Positions 38,070 to 51,196 of a stretch of DNA of 64,000 bases are shown one piece after another. The stretch's first letter is position 1; each line of letters opens with the position of its first letter. The position numbers were made by a program, and so were the translations under genes. Source of the DNA: Chara braunii (Eukaryota; Plantae; Charophyceae); NCBI GenBank assembly GCA_003427395.1, contig BFEA01000019.1:4358696-4422695 (forward strand). The letters run 5' to 3'. Below the pieces are notes generated by a model. That model was given only the letters and a program-made list of their open reading frames with translations. It was not told where the DNA came from and did no database searches.

Positions 38070-38421
38070 GACGAGATACGTACCTGGTGCATGAGGAGAG
38101 GATGACTAAGGTGTTGACATCATGAACATTGGTCTTTGAGAGTCGAAGTGTGCCTGTTGCGTGAACGCAACTGTAGGTAGGATAGTAGAGTAGAGTAGGC
38201 TGGGGCACTGGGCACCGGGCACAAAGGAGCGACCTTGGATACTGTGTTGGTGTGGCCTATGGGCTTGAACATTGGCTCATTACTTCATTTTATTGCTCTA
38301 TTTGGATGGATTCTAGGTGCTATTGTGCTTGTACATGACTACTCAGATATCTGTGTGATTTCGCAACTTGGTTTTCTATATATAGTTCACACTCATATTC
38401 CTTGCGCTTGCGAGAAGGGAA

Positions 38422-38473
<52 letters not shown>

Positions 38474-39682
38474 AGAGCAAATTTATCTTACATGCATTCG
38501 CTGACAGCGTCGTGGGGATGACCGTCGTCCGCCCGACTTGTTGGGATGCAGGCTCATGCCTGTTGTGTCCTCATTCTGTGGTCTCAGCCTGCTGCACATC
38601 GTGATGGGTAGTGCTGCGTTGAGGTTTCGTTGCATTTAGGTTGTGGTTTGTGAAGGCTATCGTCCTCTGTCTCTTGGGTTTTGCCTGCCTCAGACTTTGT
38701 TGACAGGCGACAACCGTGACACAAAAAAGAGAGAGACAAACAAATAGGCGGACAAACAGACAGAAAGACAAACAGACCGACAGACAGACAGACTGGACAA
38801 ACAAACAGAACATACACATATAAGATACAGATAGACAGGCAGACAAATCCAGACTGGATAGACAAACAAAACATACAGATATAAAAGACAGACAGATAGA
38901 CAGAAAGATCCAGACTGGACAAACAAACGGAACACACAGACACTGTGCTACACACACATACACAGTGAAAACACACAGTGAGACATACACAGACGCCGCA
39001 ACGCACATTCACAGTGACACAGTGTACAGTGACATACACACCTACACAGTGAGACAGTGCACAATGACATACACACATTCACCGTGGCACGTACACTGTG
39101 AAACAGATACAGACACAGTCATACCGTGCACGATGACACAAATACAGAGTTCACCATCACATAGATACATGGCGCACTGTGACACACACGGGGACACAGT
39201 GACAGTAGGCACACAACCACTGTGACATACACAGAAACACACAGTGCACTGTGACACACATGGAGAAAGACACATACACAGAAAGTGAGACAGAGAGAGA
39301 GAGATAAAGAGAAAAAAGGAGAAATATACGTACATAGTGCATGTGAAAGGTCGACTTTGGTAGCGACGTCTTGTACATTGGTCTTCACAGTCGAATATGC
39401 CTGTTGTGTGAAAGCGGTTGTAGAAGGATAGGCAAGTAACGCAGGGTCGCAGGCAGGGCGCTGGGCGCCAGATAGAGAGGGGCTACGCTGGATACTGTGT
39501 TGGTGTGGCCTGAGGGTTTGAACATTGGCTCAATAGCTCATTGTATTGCTCTTATTTGGATAGAATCTCCGTGCATTTGTGTTCTCTGCTTGTACGTGAC
39601 TACCTTGACATCTGTATGATTTCACAACTTGGCTTTCAATATATCGTTCCCACTCATATTCCTTGCATGTATGCCTTTCAAA

Positions 39683-39713
<31 letters not shown>

Positions 39714-39800
39714 GATTATAGCCATGAGTTGGCAGAAAACCGATGTGCCGTGAGTAAGCGATGTTGTCCGCAGCCAATTGGGTGAGCGGGATGCAGTGCA
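38070..39800 (+). repeat. old direct duplication (~38070-38550 and ~39320-39800) around CA/GACA low-complexity DNA
   Basis: Shared blocks ACATTGGTCTT, TGGATACTGTGTTGGTGTGGCCT, TTGAACATTGGCTCA and CACTCATATTCCTTGC at ~1.25 kb offset. Confidence 0.75.
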
Positions 39801-40318
39801 CACCCAATTAAGTAAACGGACACTGTGTGCAGCCAATCAAGGGAGACAATGTGATGCGCAGTTCATCTGCCATGATCTGACAAAAAGGGACTGGGTATGA
39901 AACTGTTGCTGAAAAACATAGCGAGAATGAGAAGTTCCGTGAAACTGTCTCGCTATGTGAACGTTTTTTTGGGAATGTGGCCGCAAGGGAATCAACTCCG
40001 TACAGTCTTGCCTTGCTTAATAGACCACCTAACATTGATAAAGCAGGGTTCACAGTGGGTTGGGGAATTGTGTGTGTTATTCGTCAAGTACTGTGAAAGT
40101 GGACAGCATCAACTAACTCTTGCCCTACAGTGGACTAAAGCATCTTCTGCAAAAAAATCCTAAACTAACACAGTTCAAAGATTTGGCAGAAGGTCTTTAA
40201 GGTGTGGGGCACAAGTTTCGTATAGCCTACCCGCATAAGCTTAAAGACTTCCGAATGATCCAGGCTTAAGAGACATCAAAAGCGACGATCTCGTTCGTCG
40301 AGAGAGAACTTGCAAGGG

Positions 40319-40629
40319 TGATAGGAGGAGCGAGGCCCCGAGAGGTCTGCCCTATTGCCTAACTGCACGGCTAAGGAAAAAGGGTGGTGATAAGAGAAGC
40401 GAGGCTCCAAGAAGCCTGCCTTATTACCATCAGTCGTGCGTCAGTGCAAGTAAGCGATAAGAGGAGCGAGGCCCAAAGAGGCCTGCCCTATTGCAATAAT
40501 GGCATGGGTAAGGGAGGTGGTGAAAAGAGAAGCGAGGCTCCGAGAAGCCTACCTTATTGCCCGCGAGCCGTGGTTCGACATCAAACAACGATAGGAGAAG
40601 CGAGACCCCATAAGGTATGCCCTATCACG
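40319..40629. repeat. array of five 35-nt hairpin units, period 66-69 bp
   Basis: Consensus ATARG-AGRA-GC-G-AGGCY-N6-RGCCT-GC-CYTAT starting at 40321, 40390, 40457, 40523 and 40591. Confidence 0.85.
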
Positions 40630-42405
40630 ACCAGACACTCAGTAAAAAGGTGAGGATTTTATGTGATCTACCTTTCTATGACAACTCTTATGAAGATCCC
40701 GCAAAAGATTAACGAACTGACAACGTCCAATTTCTGATTCTACTGAGGTGGAGGTAGAAGGAATGTGACCCCGTGTGACTTGTTCTGCTACCTTAACCTA
40801 GTGATTGATATCAAATCTTATAATTCTACTCCGTAGGAGATTGCATATATTTTGTACGTGTATGTCGGAAGGGGAACGTTTTGGCGATGTCAACTCTATA
40901 CTTTTCTTCCGTTAGACGACTATCTCTAGAAGCTGATCTGATAAGATGTTAGAGAGGCTGCCTAGAGGGAGTTATGTCGATGTAGTATTATTCCCGACTA
41001 AAATGAAGTTCAGTATATTGAACTTCGGATAGGGTCATGTCGATGGCAAGAAGGTGTTGAGACCGTGTTGACCTGTGTGTGATTGCAGGTCACCTTTACT
41101 TTCAAGAGGACTTATTATGAGTCTATACAAGAGTAAATCTTGTTGCCTTATGGTAACAGGTTGGTTGGCCAACTTAACCCTCACTCACCCTCGATACCCA
41201 CACTTTGCATCGACCTTTGCACTGAACGACATTTCTGATTTTTCGGTCATTGTCTAAAAGGTATATGTTTGGTCAAAATGGATCCTTGAAATGACTGAAG
41301 TTAGATATGGATGAATGACTAAGTCGAAAAGGGGATGTCTGGCGGAAAGGTTGTAAGTTTAAGTGTTATGTGGGTGAAAGTGAATAAAAGGTTGATTCCG
41401 TCAGAATTTTGTAATGTGATTGACTCTTTTCTGGAGGTCAGTAAAACGACCAGCCATGCTATTCACTGCAACCCATTGAGAAACTTACGCTATTCTGAGC
41501 CTTGGTCCAGATGTTCATCAACACGATATTTATACACTCGGTTTTAGTACCCAACCTTGTGCTCTTCCCTGATTTTAAGCAGATTATGATTATTGCTAAA
41601 ACTACGAGCCTTATTAATTTCATATTCATTTCATTTATATTGTTTGAAAGGTCAATGACCTAGGTTTTCCGTGATGAATTCTGATTGTTTATGTTAAAAG
41701 TGTTGAGTGTATGTGATATTTTTTATCCTAATTATTGAGTATTATTTATTTTCCTACGTATGTGTGGTATATCAAAAGGGTTTTCATAAAAAAATATGTT
41801 GAATGAACTTAATCACTAAGTAGTATGTGTATATATTTTATGTGCAACCCCTGACAATTCAGACATTGAAGGAATCAAGCTCCGGAAAAGAGTTAGGTTC
41901 TGAGTCATACCTATCGAAACTATTTATAGTCAAGGCATAGTATGCGCGAACGTCCGTCGGTCGAGTCGACCTGAATTGTGAGTCGGTCCGGGAGATCAAC
42001 GCCCCGATGCCCGACCCGTATACAAGTCAGTCTTAGGAGTTCAACCACACGTATGTCTATGCTACGACGATCGAGAAAATGCCCTCTACTGACTTACCTC
42101 TGCAATTACATATAAAAGTCTTCGCACGTGGGTCAATAACTCAACAATACGCCCACCTAAGAAATAACAACTCCTGCAGGTGGAGGTAAGTTGTACCTCG
42201 CGGAACCTCTGTCCTGTCACAGGGAGCCGCGAGAGGTATAGTTGGCGCGCATGATCGGAGTTGGTTTTTGACTAAAACGCTTCTAAAACTCCTGAGTGAT
42301 ATGACCGTGAGGTCCGACATTGAAAATATTTTATGTCTGGGTGTGGGACCGCCGCGCCCGACAACGTTTATGCTCTTAGTATTTTAATGTAGCATAAGAC
42401 TGAAC

Positions 42406-43000
42406 CATTCAACTTAGAAACAAAGTTCAAATGGTCCCTTCTTACCACAAATTAATATTCTTAATTAATACTCTCTTCGTTATGATGAAGTATAGTCAGA
42501 CAATTAAACTTAGAAACAAAGTTTAACTAGCCTGTTCGTATAACATAGTAATATTATAGTATAGATAAAAATATTATTTCATTCCAACATGTGTGTCGCC
42601 CCAGACCCAACCATTAAACTTAGACATAAACTATGGTCCTTCACTTAATATCCCTCACAATAAACAAAAAGGTAGCTTGAGTCATTCAACTCAGAAACAA
42701 AGCTCGAACCTCCCTTTTCATCTAGGTTATTGGATCGGACGTCCGGGACCCCCCTGACCGTCCGGGATGTCCGACCGGACATCTGGTCGGACGTCGGACT
42801 GGACAGGGTATGTCCAACCTAGAGCACAAAAAAAAAAAATAAAAAAAAAAATGAAAAACATCATGTGGCTTCCGCCTTGCATTAGGTGTATGCCACCAAA
42901 GTTTTGGATCATTTGGGCCAGTAGAATAAATAATAAAAATCTTCAAAGATTCTAATCCCCACCTGTTCCCCTCCTATCCCCATCAAAACCCATCGCACCG

Positions 43001-43043
<43 letters not shown>

Positions 43044-43458
43044 CCCCAAATACCACCCTATCACCAAATGCTCAGAAAAATCTGAAATTTTTTCTGGGGG
43101 GTCTCTAGGGCATGCGCAACACTGTGATTTTTTTTTTTTTTTTTTTAGTGCCAAAAAGCCGTCGTCCGGAAATCCGGACGACTGGGGGACCTGACGTCCG
43201 GGGGGAGACGTCCAGTCTCCGGACCATTGGTAACCAAGCTTTTCATTAACAATAAAGAAACATCGAAAAACCAGAAAGTAAACCAAGACGACCAAGTCAT
43301 TCAACTTATAATCGGAAACAAAGCTTGATCCCTGAAAACACATTCGCAGGCAGCCCACGAAAGTTAGAGCAACTAGACTATCCAACTTAGGAACAAAGTC
43401 AGGTCCTCCAGGCAATCAAAATAAACATAGCATTAGGCCGTTCAACTTAGAAACTAAG
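42406..43458 (+). repeat. array of a 20-bp motif CATTCAACTTAGAAACAAAG with unrelated spacers
   Basis: Copies at 42406, 42502, 42612, 42683, 43298, 43379 and 43439; two more at 35373 and 35467. Confidence 0.8.
42722..43238. mobile_element. non-autonomous hAT element with 8-bp TSD
   Basis: Perfect TSD CTTTTCAT (42714-42721, 43239-43246), termini CTAGGTTA / TAACCAAG, and subterminal CGGAC/GTCCG repeats. Confidence 0.85.
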
Positions 43459-46381
43459 CCTTGACCTTGATTGACCAAAACAATCGCAAACAAAACCAAG
43501 TTCCTCTCACCTTCCCCCAATTCAAAACCCTTTTTCAATCCGACTTCAAACAACCAACAAATATGAAACTTAGATTGCGCATGCATTCCTTTACTTAACT
43601 CTTATTTAAGTCAAGAAAGTCAAACATAAATTAAGTAGGGATGCACATAATATACTCAGTCAAACTGTAAATAGATGTACGCGTAAGGGTTTTTACTGGG
43701 TTTATAGAAGGAGATGAAGATTACCACTCAGTTCCCTGCCTCCAAAACCTCGGCTAGGTTCCGACAGAGCTCCAATGGGGCAATCCTCCCACAGAGGTCT
43801 TGGCACAGATTACGGGTCGCAATCCCGTCTGCTACTTTCCTCTCAAAACCAATAGACTAGACTTAGAATAAAAAGGACAATTTTTTTTTTTTTTAGTAGC
43901 TTAGATACAAGGGAGGTGCTCTCAGATTTTCGTGAGAAGGCCTTGGAGTCTTGATCCGCATGAGGGCCCCGCAATGGTGGTCAAACACGCAGTAACACTA
44001 CCAACTGAAGTCAAACCTCCTGCCGTTGACTCCTTGACGACCCGCTCACTGGCAGTAAAGACCCCCTTCTTCAAAAAAACTCAATTCACCTGCAGCCCGT
44101 GACCTAAAGTAAACGGGCCAGAGGTAAGTCTGCGCCTTCACGGCTGGCTTGTTGCTGCCCTGATCAACAACATAAGAAACACGCCAACCTTGTGACATAG
44201 TCAACAACAGCCGCCAACTTCCAAACAAAAATTAGGCTTACCGTACAACAACGACCGAATTACACATACCTCGTCAGTCAGCACACCAAAGGAATGTAGG
44301 GACTCAGCGGATGTAAGACGTGCTTCAGGAATTCCGCAAGGTTGACCTCTTGAAACACAGGTACTAAAACTCATGCGTGCACTTGCGCAGCCACGCACGC
44401 CTGTATTCCCACATTTCCTCGTCCACCTACTGTACTTAATGTCCGACTGCTCCTGACTGATGGCCACGTAAGGTTCAATCACTTGAAAGGAAGCTCCTGA
44501 ACGCAATAGCCCGACCTTTAGTTTCACCCCGCACTATCTGTTCCCAACGATAAGCACACTTTCTTTCCCCTTCCGATGTTGATTGACTCCTAGCCAGAAT
44601 ATCGGCCCGACTTTTTCCACAGAGGTATCGACAAGCGCTCTGAGGCGCCATATGAAGAAGCAGGAGGTCACCTCCACGATGACGAAGAAGGCGACTTTGT
44701 CATGAAGAGCATGACCATGATTACTACGAGACCAACATCGTTGCGACGACTGTCAATACCAGTGGTGCTACGCACACCACCAAAAAGATGAGTGGGTTGT
44801 ACACGGCCGTTAGCCTAAATTACTGTGCTTTCCAACGCACCTGGTCGATCCCCTTGCCAGGTTCACTTGCTCTTTTCGTACACTGCTCACTCTCTCTCCG
44901 AGGCAGCCCAACTTCATGCTCCTTCCATCGATAACCTGAGCAAAATTTGAAAGGGTCTTCCCCTAGATCATAGAAAATTAGAAATATACACTGCCCCGCT
45001 TGCAAGTTCGACACTCCTTTTTCCCCGTAGTTGGCTTCACATCGTTTTCATCGAGCTAATTAAGAGAAATCTATTGTTAGAAAACGACGAGATACATGGT
45101 ACCTCGAAATCACTCCTCCCTCAGGCGCAACTCATAATCTTCGTACTGTTGAATCCTCCCGCTAACTCTTCGATCTGGTTTCACCGTCGGATTCACGATG
45201 GGCACGCATTTTTCATCGACTGGTTTCATCCATAATCGATCGTGCTATGCGCTTTCCATCTTATCCTTCCGACAGCTTTACGCAGTGCTTTCTTCGTCTA
45301 ACTCTAATTCTACACAACTAACCCCAAATCTAACAACACCATCGAATTCACAACACCGCAACCCCCTCGTCTAACATCTCACTTCGCCCAATTTCTTAAA
45401 GAATCGAGGAAGACATTTGAAACTTCCATCGACCATATCTACTTCCTTTGCTCCTCCGCCATCTCCGACTCATCCTCCACACACTCAGCGCAATCTCCCG
45501 TTTAGGTTCTTTCACACTTTCCCCTTTCTGCGCCTGATACCAACAGTGCGCTAACTCGGACAACACGAGCAGGTAATTGACCAATGCAAACAACGGACAT
45601 GACTACAAAAAGTTACCACTCTCCGAAGAGTGAGTATCTATTTCCCCTGCCGGATCGAACAGTCCGTCACGGATGGCGCTGCAGCGCTTGGTCGGGGCTC
45701 GGTGCCCACAACTCTGTCTCTTCGATGGGCAAGAGGGCGGCCCAGCTGCGTAGCCCTTCCGTGTGCGCTAGGTGAGGCGCATCCCAATAGTTGCGGTTAT
45801 CCAACTGGGGATAGTTGCGGTTATCCAACTAGGAGCCTTAAGGACCGAAGTGGAGAAGGGTCCCACTAAGCGAATCCTGGTGGTAATAGCAGGAGTCCAA
45901 GTGGAAGTTTTAAAGGACCGAAGCCTTGAAGAAATGTCTCACCCAAACAGCCATGGGCTAGCCTGAGCTGCCCAACGAGCATCGTGGAGGCCCCTCGCTA
46001 GCACCTGTTGGCCTGTGCTCAGACAAAGTTCACCGTCTTTCTCGCCCCCCCCCCACAGCATGCCAACAATCAATCTCTCATGACAATTTATAATTGGTGG
46101 GTAACCCACCCGTGGAAGGTCCCACCATCCAAGTCTCCTCCGCTTCGCGGGCCTGGCCTTACTATTCACAAGTCCGACGGGCCCCTCAGTCCATGTTTCA
46201 CCGACTCACAGATACACTGCCAAGGTTGATGCCTGTCGTCCCCGACAACGGCCTCGATGCCCGAACAAATGCCAATCCCATCAAAAGACGGAGCAAAAAC
46301 TAAAAGAACTGCAATGAGAACCAACACGATTTAAAATAAAAGTGCAAATAAGATAACTAAAAATATCAAAACGAGAGGGGG

Positions 46382-46486
46382 NNNNNNNNNNNNNNNNNNN
46401 NNNNNNNNNNNNNNNNNNNNNNNNNNNNNNNNNNNNNNNNNNNNNNNNNNNNNNNNNNNNNNNNNNNNNNNNNNNNNNNNNNNNNN
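46382..46486. other. assembly gap
   Basis: Run of N. Confidence 1.
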
Positions 46487-46629
46487 GGGGAGGGGAAGAA
46501 AAACCTCTTTCCAACCTCTAGTCGCCGTAAAAATAAATTAATAAAAAATAAAAACCGAGGGGAATAGTTGCGCCGGATCCTCAACCCCGTGGTTCCTTCA
46601 CGCCGCTCCCATGCTCTCGCGCTGTCGCT

Positions 46630-46695
46630 CGTTGGTCTCGATCCCTGAACCTCCTTATGAAAGGTCGACACTGTAACCAATAGTCCTAAGCCCAA
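46630..46695 (-). other. degenerate tRNA-like head (possible old SINE)
   Basis: Minus strand TAGGACTATTGGTTA...CTTTCAT..GGAGGTTCAGGGATCGAGACC has A/B-box-like spacing. No cloverleaf. Confidence 0.35.
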
Positions 46696-47017
46696 GGTTG
46701 GTTTTAGCACTAACGGTAAGCCAGATAAACGGGTATCGCTTCCCTTGTGGGTCTGCTGGAGGTTTTTGTCCTCTTCCTCGACCTACTGACCGCATCACGA
46801 TCGCCGCACCTCTGCCTACGCCGTTTTCCATGCGTAGACGCAAGTCACGGCCAAGCGCAATCTTAAAGGGAAAATGTCACCTAGTCCTGCTATAACTAAA
46901 ATTGGCCGGCACTCGCGCTGACTTTACCATCATCAACAAGGAAAAGAGATCACGAGCGCCTTAAACCTTCGCGCCAACACACTCTCTATCTCTAGTCAAC
47001 CAAAAACAGCCCAACAA

Positions 47018-47898
47018 ATGGGCACCTAACTGCAAATGACATTAGGGAGCCACCCTGAGTCACATGGGCAGGCCAAATAGATGAACCGTGTAGCGCAGCA
47101 CTTGCTTTGGCGTTATATCAAACCAAGTGAAGATGATTGGGATGGAAAGTTACCTCCGAGTCTCATTGCCGGCATACAAACAATGTTGTGCACAACACTC
47201 TTGGTAAGACCCCTAACCACCTGCATCTTGGTCGGAAGCCCAAATCTGGTGTTGACTTTCTGTTACATGGAAATCAGTCAACCGCAACACTTGGAAGCTT
47301 AGAGTTTTTTGTAAAGTACGAAGAGATGCTGAAACAGGCCGTAGAGCATATTAAGAAAGCAGAAGATGTCATGGTGACATCCGATAACAAACACAGACGA
47401 CCGTCTACATTCCAAGTAGGTGAATGAGTTTAGGTAAAATCATATGAACTGGGCCAAGAGTTGGAAATTTCACTAAAACTGATGCCACAGTACTTTGGGG
47501 TTTGGGATATTCTGGTCATAATAGAAGATCGATCCGATAGCCCATCATAGGTGATTCACATTTTTGGTCACCCCCGTACACATTCTATTTTCCATGCATC
47601 CAAATTGACACTCTTCGCTGAAACTGAGTAATTTCCCTCAATAAGATCTATATTGCCCTCAACCCTAGATGAACATGTGGATATTGACGATATCGTTGAG
47701 CACAAGTTGATGCCTGTAGCGAAGCCTCCAGGCAGGGGACACCCTCTTAAACCGCAGATGTGGTACCGAGTGTGGTTCAGACACCATACAGATCCTAAAA
47801 AAGATCGGTGGTTCATAAAAGAAGAGTTAATGAAGACTGTTCCCCATATTATCTCAAGCCCTGAACGAAATTTGAAAGAGAAGCAGCCTGCTGTGTAA
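47018..47898 (+). mobile_element. Ty3/gypsy integrase C-terminus with GPY/F region and chromodomain-like tail (pseudogene)
   Basis: Across frames: MGT*LQMTLGSHPESHGQ, MNRVAQHLLWRYIKPSEDDWDGKLP, HNTLGKTP, NKHRRPSTFQVGE, KLMPQYFGVW, HSIFHASKL, DIDDIVEHK..YRVWF..DRW. Confidence 0.85.
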
Positions 47899-48583
47899 CG
47901 ACTTCTCAAAGGACTATCGAAGTAAACGAGGAGGGAGTGCGAAGGTTTATGCCTCGGCATAGGGTCCTGCAGCAGGCGTGTGCCCGCCCTAAGTGAAGGC
48001 AGCCCCTCTGAATCTCAAGGTGGCCTAAACTTGTCAATTTTTGCAAGTCTTGGTCGAAGCCAGACAGTTGCAACGTGCCAGTTGGTTACAATCCGCCTTG
48101 CTCGTGAGACTAAAAAATATCTATGAGCCTGAAATCCAGCAACGTGGTCAAAGCAGGGAGCATCGCACCATTGTGCCTGGGTGGTTGGCCATGCCTAACC
48201 ACTTCGGTCTCAGGCCACTGTCTAAATCGGGCCTGGATGCAGACACTTTGACTGAGACTGAAGCTACTAGGAACTCGGTCTAACGTGGGGGTAGCAAACG
48301 CAAACGCCCGCTTCTTTCCATATAGGAAAGGGCAGGGTGTAGGGCGAGGTAGTTGGGCACTTGCAAACACATGAGGCAGCGCTGCCGGAGCTAACGCTCG
48401 TGGGGCTGCTGTTGCGTTAGAGTGTGGGCAAGTGTGCGCGCACCCGTGCGGCCGTATGAAGAGGGTGTTGCTGAGGGCAGCGCCATAGCCAGCCCCACGT
48501 AGTCAGGACTTGGCTTGGACATAGTAAGTGGAGGTGGTGGTGGTCTTCGTTTATGAGGGAGAAGACGTGGGTGATAAAGTCAA

Positions 48584-48640
<57 letters not shown>

Positions 48641-49309
48641 GGTCGATGATGTGAGGGCAAGACGTATGTGAGGAAGTCAAGGTTGAGAGAGAGAGAGAGA
48701 GATGAGGTTGATGATGTGAGGGCACATACCTAGTCTTGGCGATGGTCAACAAGGGTAGATATCTTGATGTACTTCAGTTCTTCTGCTGACGTTAGCATGA
48801 TACATTGTCAATTCGTAGGCTGTTAGTAGTTGTGTAGAAGTAGTATTGGCGTTGACCGTCAAGTATGAGGAAAAACCCTAGATACATATATTGGTGGTGG
48901 CAAGAGCATGCTCTCATTAACATTCGGATTGAGTGCTTTGTTTCTCCATTGGTGGAATATTAGTGCATTACTTCTTTCTCGATAGCGTTTGGACTTGCTG
49001 GCTTTCAATGTGATTTTTGCACTTTTATTTTTTGTCATTTCACTATACCTCATTTACGTTGCACATGTGAGATACACATCTATAAATATTCAGCACATTT
49101 GACAGAATCAAAACAAAATGACAATCGTCAAAGATGGCGGTATTTAAAACGTGCCCGCCCACACACTAATTTTAATTATCTCTTTATTGTTTTGTAGTTT
49201 TTTTATTATTATTTCTTTTTCATATTTTATTTTTATTTTAAATTTGGTAAAAAAATTGGATGGAACGATGAGGCAAATGTTGTTCAATTTTTTTTTTTTT
49301 ATAACACAG

Positions 49310-49419
<110 letters not shown>

Positions 49420-49483
49420 NTNTGTGNNNATATATATATATATATACCATGTATATTATATATATATATATATATATAATATA

Positions 49484-50033
49484 TATGGTTGTCAGGCCAA
49501 ACGTACAGAGACCCCGTTGCTGACCCCCGAACGTTCGGGCGTTCAGGTCCCCGTACGGGGCCCGAACCCAAATGGGTTCGGACCCTGCAAAAATATATTT
49601 TGACACCTAAATATTTTTTTTTTCTGAATGAAATTCAGATATTAAAACATGGTATCCCACTCACTAATTTGTTTTTATTTTTCTTTTTATTTTTTATTTT
49701 TCTTTTATTTCAGGGTTTGGAAATAGTTATTATATTTTCAAACCCTATTCGTAGACTCTCTATTATATAAGATACATTTATATAAAATTTCGTAGCATTT
49801 TTCACAGACAAAAATAAATAAAAAATCGCCAAAGATGACAATGTCAAAAATATATTCGCCTACTCGATAATTTCATTCTCGTTTTATCTTTTCTTATTTT
49901 CATTATTACTATTATTTTTCATCTTTGATTTTCATTTTAAATTTTGTAAAGAATTTTGATGTCACGTTGAGGCAAATGTTATTTAGTTCATTCTTCTGCA
50001 TAACATTTGTTTTTCAGATGTTTTGTATTTTTT

Positions 50034-50064
<31 letters not shown>

Positions 50065-50172
50065 GAGGAGGGTTCTGCGTTCGACCAAGTGGAGAACACG
50101 TCGAGAGGGGGTCTCAAACATTTAGGCGTTTGGGTTTGGGCGTTTGGCCTGTCCCGAACGCTGATAATTCTG
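49484..50172 (-). mobile_element. hAT-like unit B, inverted copy
   Basis: Reverse complement is colinear with 29992-30702. A further partial copy lies at ~49130-49305. Confidence 0.75.
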
Positions 50173-50188
50173 TATGTATATATATATA

Positions 50189-50957
50189 CATGGTTACCTA
50201 ACTGAACGTTCGGGGGCCCCCGGGCTGGCCCCCGAACGTTCGGGCGTTCGGGGTCCCGTTCGGGGGCAGAACACCTCCACGTTCGGCCCCCGCCAAAAAA
50301 TGTTTCGGGGCCTAAAAATACGTTTTTTTGTCTGAGTTTGTTTTGGTGAGTTCTCTATGATGTAACCTACACGCCTATACAGTTTGAAGTCATTCTGCCA
50401 AGCCAAAAAAACATTAAAAATCGTCAAAGATGGGGGTGTCAAAACGTGCTCGCCCACTCACTATTTTGTTTTTTTTCACTTTTAACGTTTTGTTTTCACT
50501 TTATTTCGGGGCCTAAAAAAAAATATTATTTTTTGAATTTTTTTTAATGAGTTTTTGATTATGTAAACTACATATTTGTAAATTTTCAGGACATTTGTCA
50601 ATACCAAAAAATAATTAAAAATCGGCAAAGATGGCGGTATCGAAAAGGTGTTGGCACACTCACTCATTTTAATTCTCTTTTTATTTTTTCTTATTTTTAT
50701 GAAATTTTATCATATTGTTTATTTTCTGTATTTGATTTTTAATTCAAATTTGGTAAAGAATTTGGATGTAGTGCCCAGGCAAATGTTGTTTAGCTTATTT
50801 GTCTCATTAACATTTATTTTTTACTGAATTTTTTAAAAACTTGTTTGTTTGTTTTTTTGTCTGCGTTCGGCTCGAACAGCCGAACACCTTCCGAAGGGGT
50901 CCCGTACGTTCGGGCGTTCGGGTTCGGGCGTTCGGCCCGTCCCGAACACCGGTAAAC

Positions 50958-50960
<3 letters not shown>
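50189..50960 (-). mobile_element. hAT-like unit A, inverted copy
   Basis: Termini CATGGTTACC / GGTAAACCTG; reverse complement is colinear with 29197-29972. Confidence 0.75.
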
Positions 50961-51007
<47 letters not shown>

Positions 51008-51077
51008 TCACAAACAGAACTGCCCGGTAAAACCGTAGGCAGAGAGAGAGAAGAGGACAACAAACGGGGGGTTGTGA

Positions 51078-51135
51078 CAAGCTGTTTCGTCGGAGTTTCA
51101 CCGACTCATCAGGAGGCTGAACCCTCAACAGTCTG
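51078..51135 (-). ncRNA. type III hammerhead ribozyme, second copy
   Basis: Identical to 29034-29091 except one base in the 3' strand of stem III. Confidence 0.88.
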
Positions 51136-51196
51136 CAGAATCCCCTCACTGATTACACTGTAAATGATAATCTACCTTAACCAAAATCAAAGTAGA

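Noticed and set aside
40319-40629. CRISPR array
   Set aside because: Eukaryotic context, no cas genes, divergent repeats, and linkers 1 and 3 are related to each other (a dimeric duplication).
42406-43458. CRISPR array
   Set aside because: Spacer length is too variable (40-90 bp), the repeats are degenerate, and no cas genes are present.
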